This document shows positions 33,519 to 42,548 of a stretch of DNA of 64,000 nt, one piece after another (position 1 is the first letter of the stretch; each line of letters starts with the position of its first letter). The stretch spans positions 15,011 to 79,010 of the forward strand of contig CAZUER010000002.1 in assembly GCA_964619345.1 (NCBI GenBank). Reading direction: 5' to 3'. The translations under genes and the position numbers were made by a program. The notes below the pieces were generated by a model. The model saw nothing but the letters and a program-made list of their open reading frames with translations, was not told the DNA's origin and did no database searches. The DNA comes from an uncultured Desulfohalobiaceae bacterium. GTDB lineage: Bacteria; Desulfobacterota; Desulfovibrionia; Desulfovibrionales; Desulfothermaceae.

Positions 33519-34946
33519 TCAGCAGGTATACAGCCGGGCCCAGAAAAAGGCCCGGCTGTAAGGATTATAGCCGTCCTCATCCTCTGTTGCCCAAGCCATG
33601 ATGGGTGAATCATAAGAGCCCAGCTTGAGCCTTTCGGCAGCCATGGTCCCCAGAGACCTGGGATGTATGCCTTCCCGGGTACCATGCTGCATGAAGCGCT
33701 TGAAGCCGCTATCTGAGGCCAGCTCGGCATCAGTGTATGTCTGAAGGAGTTCTCCAGCCGGGCCCGTTTCCTCCTCCCGGGGAATGTGCAGGTCAAACTC
33801 ATTGTGCCGCAGATACAGAGCGGAGTGTTCATAGGCAGTCAGAAGTTCATGCAGGCCCGGGCCTGCCTCCGGTATAATGGCCGGAACGGAGCTCATGTAA
33901 TCGGCAGCCCGGTCGGGTTCCCCGATAAGCTCGGTCAAGAGTTCCAGAGGGTACTCCTGTCCATGATCAGTTCGCCGGATCATGGTGGCAAACAGTTTGA
34001 TTCTCGACTTCTGGTGATAGGAGCCCACGCAGCGAAGAAATCTGAGATGGAGGGGATCGGCATAGGTGCTCAAATCCAACACGATCTGCTGGTCCTTGTG
34101 GATTCCTATGTCGGTGGGAATATCGGATGTTGGGCTCAAGCCCTTGGCCAAAAACTCGGCCAGCCTGCCCATGCCCTCGAATCCCCTGGCACTGTGGTCA
34201 GGCACGGGCCTGTGTCTGTGGCTGACCGGGTAGACCCTGGCATATTGGGCTTGCAGCTGAGGACAGGGCTGACCCAGTGCGGCCAGGCGGGTATGGGCGG
34301 AGGAGGCAAAGGGTACGGCGAATACAAGGTGGTACCCTGTAGCTGTCATGACCGTGATGAATGAGATGTTATAGAACTCGAGCCGGCTGCACAGCTCTTG
34401 ATACACCGGTTCAATGCTGGTTTGAAATAGCTTTTGGCCCTGACGATATATGAGATCTTCATCATGAGCATTCTTGTACTCCAGATCCAGAAAAAAGAGC
34501 GAACCGCGCCTGGACCACAGGCTGCGATAAATATCGGCCCGGCTGTCCAGGACATCCTTCATCTTTTGATTGGGCACATATTCAAAACATGTATCTCTCT
34601 GCGTGCCACTGACCAGGAATTCACAATCCCAGGATGCCTTGTGGTCCCTGTGACCGGCGCAGTACTCTTTGATCAAGGGCTCGGTGCGCTGATAGAAGCT
34701 GTCCAAGATATACCCCTCAATTTTGTCTAGTGAGTGCCGGGCTGGGCAATGACGGGAAATATGTTCGATGATCCCTATGTAAAAATTAACATCGTGCTGG
34801 CGTGATGGTGTGTAGGGGCGACTGGCAGTCCCCCTTTTGGTAATTCCGGCATCCCCACAACACGTTTCATCCATGATCAAACTGGCGGTCATCCGCCAGA
34901 GGCAGAGCTCGTATGAAACAAGGATTAACTTTCGCATTTCGTACAA
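33519..34946 (-). CDS. archaeo-eukaryotic-primase (AEP)-like protein; N-terminal boundary uncertain
   Basis: Three motifs occur in AEP order: SLFFLDLEY (acidic motif I), VMTATGYHLVFAV (sGxGyH motif II) and IVLDLSTYADPLHLRFLRCVGSYHQKS (hD...RhhRhxgSxHxKs motif III). ORF residues about 18-45 are translation of repeat family B, so the true start is probably downstream of 34946. Confidence 0.5.
   Translation of the reverse strand: MYEMRKLILVSYELCLWRMTASLIMDETCCGDAGITKRGTASRPYTPSRQHDVNFYIGIIEHISRHCPARHSLDKIEGYILDSFYQRTEPLIKEYCAGHRDHKASWDCEFLVSGTQRDTCFEYVPNQKMKDVLDSRADIYRSLWSRRGSLFFLDLEYKNAHDEDLIYRQGQKLFQTSIEPVYQELCSRLEFYNISFITVMTATGYHLVFAVPFASSAHTRLAALGQPCPQLQAQYARVYPVSHRHRPVPDHSARGFEGMGRLAEFLAKGLSPTSDIPTDIGIHKDQQIVLDLSTYADPLHLRFLRCVGSYHQKSRIKLFATMIRRTDHGQEYPLELLTELIGEPDRAADYMSSVPAIIPEAGPGLHELLTAYEHSALYLRHNEFDLHIPREEETGPAGELLQTYTDAELASDSGFKRFMQHGTREGIHPRSLGTMAAERLKLGSYDSPIMAWATEDEDGYNPYSRAFFWARLYTC
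34814..34886 (-). repeat. family-B dispersed repeat, copy 2 (inverted relative to 4623-4694)
   Basis: AGGGGCGACTGGCAGTCCCCCTTTTGGTAATTCCGGCATCCCCACAACACGTTTCATCCATGATCAAACTGGC. Part of it (GATCAAACTGGCxGTC...CAGAGGC) is repeated again at about 35062-35096. Confidence 0.7.
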
Positions 34947-35080
34947 AAGGCAACAGATTTATAAACCGCTGAATACGCTGAAAGCACGGAAAAGCTGAAA
35001 AATTTTTTTTCAGCGTATTCAGTGTGTTCCGCGGTTAACTCTTTGTCTTTGAGTTTCTTCCTCGATCAAACTGGCCGTCT

Positions 35081-35145
35081 GCGGTCAGAGGCGGCGCTGA
35101 CTTCTGACCACTGGCGAGTGAAAATACAGATTTTACACTCGCATC
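35081..35145 (-). repeat. family-A element (hairpin + TCAGA tract) abutting the stop of the SDR gene
   Basis: The minus strand reads TAG-ATGCGAGTGTAAAATCTGTATTTTCACTCGCCAGTGGTCAGAAGTCAG.... Confidence 0.7.
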
Positions 35146-36086
35146 TAGTAGCCGGCATACGGGTTATGCCGATCAAATCTCCGCTGAAGTTCACTTCTGT
35201 ATTCCCGACCTAATGTATGCGCATGTCTTCTGACCCACTCGCTGAGCCTGGTCTTACCAGCCGGGGGAGCATCCACATACAAAAGACCGGACACCAGCCC
35301 TTGGACCTCATCCCGGGTCAGGAGGACGTCACCCAGCATATATCCTGCAGCTCGGGTTAACCAGTAACCAAGAAGTGGAGGTACTCTGAGGATCGGTCTA
35401 GATTTGCCCAGAGCCTGTCCAATGAATCGAACCAATCCATGGAATGAATATGTCTCAGGGCCGATAGCCTGGATGACCGAATTCTCTTTTGCCCTGCCCT
35501 GCTGAACAGCCAGCTCGGCCAAATCGCCCACATAAATGGGTTGCAACTTATAGTTTCCGGTCCCGAAAACCAAAAATAGGGGAAAAGTTCGTAATGCCCA
35601 GGCAATGTTGTTGATCAGGATATCCTCGCTTCCAAAAAGAACCGCCGGCCGGAGGATGGCATAGGAGAGGCCCGACGACTGAAGCTCTTGCTCAACCCGA
35701 GCCTTGCCACGAAAATATTCAAAAGGTGAATCCAAAGAGTTATTCACAATGCTGATATGGACTATTCTTTCCACCCCAGCCTTTCGGGCGCATTTAAACA
35801 ATGTCTTGCAGTTTTCAACAGCCTGATCAAAAGTGAACTGCGGGTGATTGAACCGAACCCAATAGGTATTATACAAGACCTGCACACCTTCCAGAGCCCT
35901 TGTTAAGTCATCCGGACTGTCAAAATGATATGGAAAGATCTCAATGTGCTTGCCGAAAGGATTAGGCCTGTATATGGAATTGGTCAAGGTCCGGATGAGA
36001 GGCTCGGTCGCGAGTAATCGAGAGGCTATATACTTGCCGGTGAACCCAAATGCCCCGGTCACCGCCTGCACTTCATTCCTGCTCAT
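35145..36086 (-). CDS. NAD(P)H-binding atypical SDR (NmrA/NDUFA9-like)
   Basis: Rossmann motif VTGAFGFTGKYIASRL at the N-terminus. The 313-aa length and pattern fit the atypical SDR family. Confidence 0.8.
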   Translation of the reverse strand: MSRNEVQAVTGAFGFTGKYIASRLLATEPLIRTLTNSIYRPNPFGKHIEIFPYHFDSPDDLTRALEGVQVLYNTYWVRFNHPQFTFDQAVENCKTLFKCARKAGVERIVHISIVNNSLDSPFEYFRGKARVEQELQSSGLSYAILRPAVLFGSEDILINNIAWALRTFPLFLVFGTGNYKLQPIYVGDLAELAVQQGRAKENSVIQAIGPETYSFHGLVRFIGQALGKSRPILRVPPLLGYWLTRAAGYMLGDVLLTRDEVQGLVSGLLYVDAPPAGKTRLSEWVRRHAHTLGREYRSELQRRFDRHNPYAGY

Positions 36087-36622
36087 GTTCCGTCTTCCAG
36101 GCTTTGGACAACTGCATCGTATTTCTCATGGATCATCTTTCGGTCGAACTCCCAAAACTCCTCCAACATGGACTGGTCCTCCTCCTCGGTCATGTACGAC
36201 CTGGAGGCAGGAAAAAAGGTATCGTCTTCCTTCTGTATATGCTTGGGGTAAAACTCGACCAGGGTGGAGATCTTTTCCACGATATCCGTCAGGGCTGATG
36301 AGTCGCCGTTCCGGTATCGCTGGTTGGCCTCTATAAGGGCGTTTGTCGTGTTCCTGGCAAATACATGCTCGTCCATGAGCTCATTCATGACCTGTCGATC
36401 AGGTGCTGATAGAGAACGCTGAGCCAAGCCGTTGAATAGTATGTCCTCTTCTTTCCCATGATGTGTTCGATCGGCGTACATTTGAATAAAATCGACCACT
36501 GTATCAATAAAAACCGGATCAAGCTTGTTTGTGGTCTGTATCTTATTCAGGGCGTCTTTCATGACCTGAATCATACGTTCAATAAGCCGGTGCTCAATCA
36601 TCAGAAGTCCGCGTGCTTGCAT
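36083..36622 (-). CDS. hemerythrin-like (HHE cation-binding) domain protein
   Basis: I place the start at ATG 36622. MIEHRLIERM, HHGKEEDILF, MDEHVFARN and HIQKEDDTFF are His/Glu-rich helices typical of hemerythrin domains. A 4-nt overlap with the SDR gene suggests an operon. Confidence 0.75.
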   Translation of the reverse strand: MQARGLLMIEHRLIERMIQVMKDALNKIQTTNKLDPVFIDTVVDFIQMYADRTHHGKEEDILFNGLAQRSLSAPDRQVMNELMDEHVFARNTTNALIEANQRYRNGDSSALTDIVEKISTLVEFYPKHIQKEDDTFFPASRSYMTEEEDQSMLEEFWEFDRKMIHEKYDAVVQSLEDGT

Positions 36623-37206
36623 AGCCTGTCCCTTTCTCAATGATTTTCCAGTCCAGATACCTTGATGCGAGTCCAAAAACAGTTTTTGCACTTGCATCTA
36701 CTTCGAACATCACTGCAGAAGATCTCTCAACTCTTATGCAATATACGTGCTCAGGATTTGTCAGTAAGTTATCATATGCATGCAATGCTGACCATATTGC
36801 AAGAAATCGTGTGACGTACATTTGCAGTAAAGGCTCGTATTTTTGTGGATTCTTCGCTCCTTCATCCGGATGCTTTTTGAGGCATGACACATAAAGGTGA
36901 GACATTTAACGTGTCATGTCACATGGCCTTATACACACATAAATAAAATTATGTATATAAGATACTGATGAAACGTGTTGTGGGGATGTCGGAATTCCTG
37001 GCTGTACACCTCAAGTCGTATTTTAGACTCGAAATACCCGATTTGTCACCTTGTTCAGTACCTGTCCATCAGAATATCATACAGGAGAAACCCGGGTACG
37101 ATTTACCCAGGATGGAAGATGACCAGGGCCGGGACAACTGAATGCAAAAGCGCAATGCCATCTTGTTTCCGCCGGTGCAGAAAATCTGAGAATTGGGGTG
37201 ACCTGC

Positions 37207-38553
37207 ATGAACCGGACATACGATGTTGTTATTCTGGGTAGCGGAGTGGCCGGAGGTGTGGCCGCCCGGCAGCTGAAAGCCGGCGGGCTGAGCGTGGCCA
37301 TGCTTGAGCCTGGATCACTGGGCGGGACATGTCCGCTTCGGGGATGCGAGCCGAAAAAGGTGATGTTCGATGCTGTTGATGCCCAGGTTCGATGTGAACA
37401 TCAGAGCGGACACGGTCTGCAGGGGAAACCGGATTTGGACTGGCCGGAGCTGGTTCGTTTCAAGAACAGTTTTACCGATCCGGTTCCCGGGCTCATCGAA
37501 AAGGATCTGTCCAAGCGGGACATCGATGTGCTGTCCGGGCAGGGCCGTTTTGTGTCTCCTGACACGATCCAGGCTGGAGATCAGAGCATAACCGGGAGCA
37601 GAATCCTCATCTGCACAGGGGCCACGTCCCGTCCTTTGGACATTCCTGGTGCTGAGCACATCACCCCAAGCTACCATTTTTTCGATCTGGACAGCCTGCC
37701 CAGGCGAATGGCGGTCATTGGCGGAGGATATATCGCTTTTGAGTTTGCCCATCTGGCTGTCAGGGCCGGAGTGCAGGTTGACCTCCTGGTTCGAAGCGAT
37801 TGGTGCCTGAGGGCTTTTGACCCCGATCTGGTTCAAATTCTGGTTGAACATTCCCGGGACCTGGGTATTCGGATCCATTTCAACGCCCCCCTGGATCACA
37901 TCCAGAAGCAGGATAAGGCCTACCTGGTCTCGGCAGGCCAGGGGGCGGTCAGCATTGAAACCGACCTGGTCCTGCACGGAGCCGGACGGGTGCCCAATGT
38001 GGAGGGTTTGGACTGCCCAAAGGGGGATGTCGAGGTCTCCAAATACGGCATTGTGGTCAACGAATACCTGCAAAGCGTCTCCAATCCATTTGTCTATGCA
38101 GCAGGAGACGTTGTGGCCACCGGGCCTCAACTCACCCCTGTGGCCCTTATGGAGGCCGAAGTTGTGGCGGCCAATGTGCTCCAAAAAGGGCCGATCCAAG
38201 TTGATTATACTGGCATACCGAGTATTTTGTTCACCCATCCGGTCATGGCCAGGACCGGGCTTCTGGAAAGCGAATGCTCCAGGCAGGGTTTGGAGTACAC
38301 TGTCTACTGGGCTGATGCTTCCCGCTGGGCTTCATATAAGCGATTGGGGGAGAAGGTGGCCGGAGTCAAGATCCTGGTCAACCCTCAGACCGATGAGGTT
38401 CTCGGTGCCCATGTGTTGGGCAGAAATGCGGAAGAGGTGGTCAATACCTTCGCCCTGGCCATTCAACAGGGAATATCCAGGACCAAGCTGGTCCAGACAG
38501 TCTGGTCCTACCCGTCCTTTGTCTACGACACTGTTCGCCATGTTTTGGCATGA
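37207..38553 (+). CDS. class-I pyridine nucleotide-disulfide oxidoreductase (glutathione reductase/lipoamide dehydrogenase family)
   Basis: FAD motif VVILGSGVAGG, redox CxxxxC as GGTCPLRGCEPKK, NAD motif VIGGGYIAFE, and AAGDV. The C-terminal dimerisation domain reads WSYPSF where the family usually has HPT. Confidence 0.85.
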   Translation: MNRTYDVVILGSGVAGGVAARQLKAGGLSVAMLEPGSLGGTCPLRGCEPKKVMFDAVDAQVRCEHQSGHGLQGKPDLDWPELVRFKNSFTDPVPGLIEKDLSKRDIDVLSGQGRFVSPDTIQAGDQSITGSRILICTGATSRPLDIPGAEHITPSYHFFDLDSLPRRMAVIGGGYIAFEFAHLAVRAGVQVDLLVRSDWCLRAFDPDLVQILVEHSRDLGIRIHFNAPLDHIQKQDKAYLVSAGQGAVSIETDLVLHGAGRVPNVEGLDCPKGDVEVSKYGIVVNEYLQSVSNPFVYAAGDVVATGPQLTPVALMEAEVVAANVLQKGPIQVDYTGIPSILFTHPVMARTGLLESECSRQGLEYTVYWADASRWASYKRLGEKVAGVKILVNPQTDEVLGAHVLGRNAEEVVNTFALAIQQGISRTKLVQTVWSYPSFVYDTVRHVLA

Positions 38554-38568
38554 ATGGAGGCAATGAGC

Positions 38569-38793
38569 ATGGCCAGAGTATTCCGAATCGACGCAATCGA
38601 CCCCAATCGCCGCTTGGTTATCCAAAGGGAAGTGGTTGAGCAGCTCGGGCTGAGCATATCTGCCCACGGCCAGCTTGAGCCGATCCTGATCTATCAGCAG
38701 GGGGTCAGGTTTCGGATCATGGACGGCGAAAAGCGGTGGCGGGCCATTAAGCGGCTGGGCAGGCGGACGATTATGGTTGAGATCCAGAGATAA
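38569..38793 (+). CDS. mini ParB/sulfiredoxin-fold (ParB N-terminal domain) protein
   Basis: I place the start at ATG 38569 (GGAGG 7 nt upstream). LGLSISAHGQLEPILI...IMDGEKRWRAIKRLG follows the ParB-N pattern, including the GxxRxxA box. The protein is only about 74 aa. Confidence 0.55.
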   Translation: MARVFRIDAIDPNRRLVIQREVVEQLGLSISAHGQLEPILIYQQGVRFRIMDGEKRWRAIKRLGRRTIMVEIQR

Positions 38794-38882
38794 CGGTCTC
38801 GAAAGCGAGGCGTAAGTCCGGGCGGAAAGTGAGGTGCACACCTCCCGGCAGCCGCTGCCCGGGCTATGAAAAGGAGTGGAGC

Positions 38883-39716
38883 ATGCATATTGTGTGCTGC
38901 TTAAAGCAGGTTCCGGATACTGCTGAAGTCAAAATCGATCCTGAGACCAACACCCTGATCCGGGAGGGGGTGGAATCGATTATCAATCCGTATGATCTGG
39001 TGGCTGTAGAGATGGCCGTCCGGCTTAAGGAGGAGCACGGCTGCACGGTCAGCGCCGTGAGCATGGGTCCTCCCCAGGCCAAGAGCATCTTGCAGCAGGC
39101 CATGTCCCTGGGCATCGATCGGGGCATTCTGCTCTCGGACCGTTCATTTGCCGGAGCTGACACTCTGGCCACCAGCTATACCCTGGCCCAGGCCGTGCGC
39201 ACCCTGAATCGGGAATCACAGGTCAGCCTGGTCCTGTGCGGCAAGCAGGCCATTGACGGCGATACCGCCCAAACCGGGCCGGGCATCGCCACCAGGCTGG
39301 AGTTCACCCAATTCTCGTATGTGATTGGGGTGGATATGTGTGATCCGGACCGCAACCTGATCAAGGTCCGGCGAAAGGTGGAAGGTGGACAGGAGGTCCT
39401 GCTGGGTTTGATGCCGGCCCTGCTCACAGTGGAGCTGGAGCTGGCAGAACCCCGCCGGGCCTCGCTGCCCAACTTGATGTCCTCCCTGCGCCAGACGGTT
39501 GAGGTCTGGGACCAGGAGGCCATTGATGCAGATGTGAAGAAGCTGGGCATCAAGGGATCTCCCACCTGGGTCAGGCGGATCGGGGCCCCGCCTCCCAAGG
39601 AAAGCGGTCCCCGGTTTGAGGCGGCTCAGGGAGTGAGCCAGGCGGTGAATCAGGGCCTGGACGCCCTCTTGAGTGAAGGATTTATGGCTGAAGAGTTCGG
39701 ACAGGCAAGCGAGTGA
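38883..39716 (+). CDS. etfB: electron transfer flavoprotein beta subunit (FixA/EtfB)
   Basis: I place the start at ATG 38883 (AAGGAG upstream). MHIVCCLKQVPDT, INPYDLVAVEMAVRLKE and LVLCGKQAIDGDTAQTGP. Confidence 0.9.
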   Translation: MHIVCCLKQVPDTAEVKIDPETNTLIREGVESIINPYDLVAVEMAVRLKEEHGCTVSAVSMGPPQAKSILQQAMSLGIDRGILLSDRSFAGADTLATSYTLAQAVRTLNRESQVSLVLCGKQAIDGDTAQTGPGIATRLEFTQFSYVIGVDMCDPDRNLIKVRRKVEGGQEVLLGLMPALLTVELELAEPRRASLPNLMSSLRQTVEVWDQEAIDADVKKLGIKGSPTWVRRIGAPPPKESGPRFEAAQGVSQAVNQGLDALLSEGFMAEEFGQASE

Positions 39717-39721
39717 CGGCC

Positions 39722-40972
39722 ATGGCCAAGAATTCAAAAGGTATTGAAGTTGCCGAGATCCTGCCGGATAGATGCATAGCTTGCCAGATATGTATCGGAG
39801 AATGTCCGGTAGGGGCTATCGAGCTGACCTCGGATGGGGTTGCCTCCATCGATCCGGAGATCTGCGTCGGCTGCGGCAAGTGTGCAGACGTCTGCCCGGT
39901 GGAAGCGGTGGCCTTTGATCAGAGCAAACGCAAAAAAGTCAAGGACAAGGCCAAACCCAAGCCCCAGGCAGCCGGAAACATTGTGGCTGTATTCATTGAG
40001 ATCGACGACCGCAAAGGAGCCAACGTCTCCTGGGAGCTGGTGGGCAAGGCCCGGGAGCTGGCCGACAAGCTGCAGGCCCGGGTGGCCGGACTGATCCTGG
40101 GTTCGGATGTCCGGGCGGTCTGTGACCAGGCCGGGGCATTTGGCTGTGATCAGGTCCACCTGCTGGAGCATGAGCTGCTGGATCACTACATCTCCAGCCT
40201 GTACGGACATGCCCTGAGCGGAATGGTCCGGGAAATCGGGCCTGAAATCCTGCTCGTCGGAGCTACAAGCCTGGGCCGGGACCTGGCCGGGGTTGTGGCC
40301 ACTCATCTGCGCACCGGCCTGACCGCAGACTGCACCGGCCTGGACATTGAGGAGGAGACAGGTCTGATGCTGATGACCCGTCCCACCTTCGGGGGCAATA
40401 TCATGGCCACCATCTTTTGCGAAAACCACCGTCCCCAGATGTCCACGGTCCGGCCGAAGGTGTTCCCACTGCCCCATCAGCGGGAAAAGCCGGAATGGAA
40501 GCTGATAGAGCACGAGTGGACTCCGCCTGAGGGATCCTTTCCGGAGCTGGTTGAGTTTATTGAGGAAAAGTCCCTGATGGGCGTGGACATAACCGAGTAC
40601 CCGGTTTTGATCGTGGCCGGGAAAGGGGCCTGTTCCCCGGAGGCCTTCGCCATGCTGGAGGAGCTGGCCGGCCAGCTGGGGGGAGTGGTGGCCTGTTCGC
40701 GGCCGGTGGTGGAGTCAGGCCTCATGCCTTACGAACGTCAGGTGGGCCAGACCGGAAAGACGGTGGCCCCGAAGCTGTATATCGGAGTGGGCGTCTCCGG
40801 GGCCATTCAGCACAGAGTGGCCATTCAAGGGGCTCAGCGCATTCTGGCTGTGAACAGCGATCCCCAGGCCCCCATCTTTCAGGTAGCCGATGTGGGCATC
40901 ATAGGTGATGCATCAGTGATCATACCTGAGCTCATTTCCCAGATCCAATCGAGGAAGGCCGATCATGCCTGA
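39722..40972 (+). CDS. etfA: electron transfer flavoprotein alpha subunit with an N-terminal 2x[4Fe-4S] ferredoxin domain (FixB/EtfA)
   Basis: CIACQICIGECP and CVGCGKCADVCP occur at the N-terminus. The EtfA body follows (TRPTFGGNIMATI, PKLYIGVGVSGAIQH, ILAVNSDPQAPIF). Confidence 0.9.
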   Translation: MAKNSKGIEVAEILPDRCIACQICIGECPVGAIELTSDGVASIDPEICVGCGKCADVCPVEAVAFDQSKRKKVKDKAKPKPQAAGNIVAVFIEIDDRKGANVSWELVGKARELADKLQARVAGLILGSDVRAVCDQAGAFGCDQVHLLEHELLDHYISSLYGHALSGMVREIGPEILLVGATSLGRDLAGVVATHLRTGLTADCTGLDIEEETGLMLMTRPTFGGNIMATIFCENHRPQMSTVRPKVFPLPHQREKPEWKLIEHEWTPPEGSFPELVEFIEEKSLMGVDITEYPVLIVAGKGACSPEAFAMLEELAGQLGGVVACSRPVVESGLMPYERQVGQTGKTVAPKLYIGVGVSGAIQHRVAIQGAQRILAVNSDPQAPIFQVADVGIIGDASVIIPELISQIQSRKADHA

Positions 40973-42269
40973 ACGTTGCGAAGTGGCCATAGTAGGTGCA
41001 GGACCGGCGGGTATCTCGGCCGCATGCATCCTGGCCGAACATGGAGTGCAGACCGTTGTTTTGGAACGGGGGGAATTTCCGGGGTCCAAGAATATTTCCG
41101 GCGGGGTCCTCTACGGCAGCGATCTGGCCAGGATCCTGCCGGATTTTGTTGATCGGAAATGCCCTGTTGAGCGGAATATAACCGAGTCCAGGATCTGGTA
41201 CACCTCTGACCAGGGGGCTTACAGCATGGGCTATCGGGACCGGGCTTTTGCCCATGATCGGCGGTATAATGTTTTCACTGTCGGCAGGGCTAAGTTCGAT
41301 CGCTGGTTTGCCGAGCAGGCCAGGGAGAAGGGGGCCCTGATCGTCTGCGGCACCGTGGTCACGGACCTGTTGAAGGATGATCGGGGCAGAGTTCGGGGGG
41401 TACGTACTGACCGGGACGACGGCGACCTGGAGGCGGACGTGGTCCTTCTGGCTGATGGGATCAACTCGCCCCTGGCCGCGCAAACCGGTTTCCGTCCTGA
41501 GCCTCCGCCGGATCACGTGGCCCTGGCCGTCAAAGAGGTCATTGAGCTCTCTGAGGAAACCGTCAGTGAACGGTTCAATGTGCAGCCGGAGGACGGAGTT
41601 ACCATAGAGATCCTGGGCAGCATAACTCAAGGCATGAACGGGGTCGGGGCCTTGTACACCAATAAAAAGAGCCTCTCCCTGGTTGTAGGCGGCAACCTGC
41701 AGGATTTTGCCCATCTGAAGATAAAGCCCTATGAGCTCATCGAATCTTTGAAGGCCCATCCCATGGTGGCTCCCCTGATCAAGGGAGGTGAGCCCAGGGA
41801 GTATATGGCCCACTGGCTGCCTGAAGCCGGATACAACCATGTGCCCCGTCTCTATGGGGACGGATTTTTGATTGCCGGTGATTCGGGCATGCTCTTTAAC
41901 GCCTTGCACAGGGAGGGATCGAATATGGCCATGGTCTCCGGCCAGCTGGCTGCGGAAACCATTCTTCAGGCCAGAGAGCAGGGTGATTACGGCTCGGGCT
42001 CCCTCCAGGCCTATACCCAGGCCCTGCAGGACTCCTTTATCCTTAAGGACCTGAAAAAGTACAAAAGGTTTCCCGGCTTTTTGCAAAAGAACAAAGAGAT
42101 TTTCAGCGTATTGCCCAGCCTGGCCGGGATGGCGGCCAGGGATATGCTCACGGTCGATGAAGAGCCAAAAAAGACCAAGCAGTCCCGGATTTGGAAAACC
42201 ATCAAGCGGGAGATGTCCGTTTTTCGGCTGGTGCGCTTGATATTCGAGGCCTGGAGGAGTGTGAAGTAA
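40965..42269 (+). CDS. fixC: FixC-type FAD-dependent oxidoreductase (ETF-quinone oxidoreductase-like)
   Basis: FAD motif VAIVGAGPAGISAA. About 430 aa. It sits between etfA and fixX. Confidence 0.9.
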   Translation: MPERCEVAIVGAGPAGISAACILAEHGVQTVVLERGEFPGSKNISGGVLYGSDLARILPDFVDRKCPVERNITESRIWYTSDQGAYSMGYRDRAFAHDRRYNVFTVGRAKFDRWFAEQAREKGALIVCGTVVTDLLKDDRGRVRGVRTDRDDGDLEADVVLLADGINSPLAAQTGFRPEPPPDHVALAVKEVIELSEETVSERFNVQPEDGVTIEILGSITQGMNGVGALYTNKKSLSLVVGGNLQDFAHLKIKPYELIESLKAHPMVAPLIKGGEPREYMAHWLPEAGYNHVPRLYGDGFLIAGDSGMLFNALHREGSNMAMVSGQLAAETILQAREQGDYGSGSLQAYTQALQDSFILKDLKKYKRFPGFLQKNKEIFSVLPSLAGMAARDMLTVDEEPKKTKQSRIWKTIKREMSVFRLVRLIFEAWRSVK

Positions 42270-42547
42270 TGGCTCTTGAGGACAAACTGTTTCTGGACCG
42301 GTTCCAGGTGGATGCAAAGTCCCATTTGAAAATCCTTAATCCGGATGTCTGTACCCGGGATTGCCGGGATCAGCCCTGTCTCTTCTTCTGTCCAGCCGGG
42401 GTATACAGCCTGGAAGAGGACGGAACGGTCAATGTGGCCTATGAGGGGTGCCTGGAGTGCGGATCGTGCCGGATCGGATGCCCCCATTTGAATATTGAGT
42501 GGCATTTTCCCAAGGGGGGCTATGGGATCAGGCACAAGTTCGGATGA
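42269..42547 (+). CDS. fixX: FixX ferredoxin-like protein
   Basis: ATG overlaps the fixC TAA. CRDQPCLFFCPAGVY...CLECGSCRIGCP. The protein is 92 aa. Confidence 0.85.
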   Translation: MALEDKLFLDRFQVDAKSHLKILNPDVCTRDCRDQPCLFFCPAGVYSLEEDGTVNVAYEGCLECGSCRIGCPHLNIEWHFPKGGYGIRHKFG

Positions 42548-42548
42548 G

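Noticed and set aside
36594-36905. 103-aa minus-strand ORF upstream of the hemerythrin gene (and its 84-aa plus-strand mirror at 36640-36894)
   Set aside because: It has no SD and no recognisable family. It overlaps the more plausible hemerythrin start region. It may be a 5' leader or promoter region, and I cannot support it as a gene.
40932-42317. 461-aa minus-strand ORF, together with the other long antisense ORFs (e.g. 10656-11385, 39734-40513, 43162-43941, 22079-22873, 37315-38238, 18251-18952, 16558-17220)
   Set aside because: All lie opposite genes with strong family signatures (fixC, permeases, etfA, korA, ATPase, reductase, ExbB). They have Arg/Gly/Pro-rich shadow-frame composition typical of GC-rich DNA.
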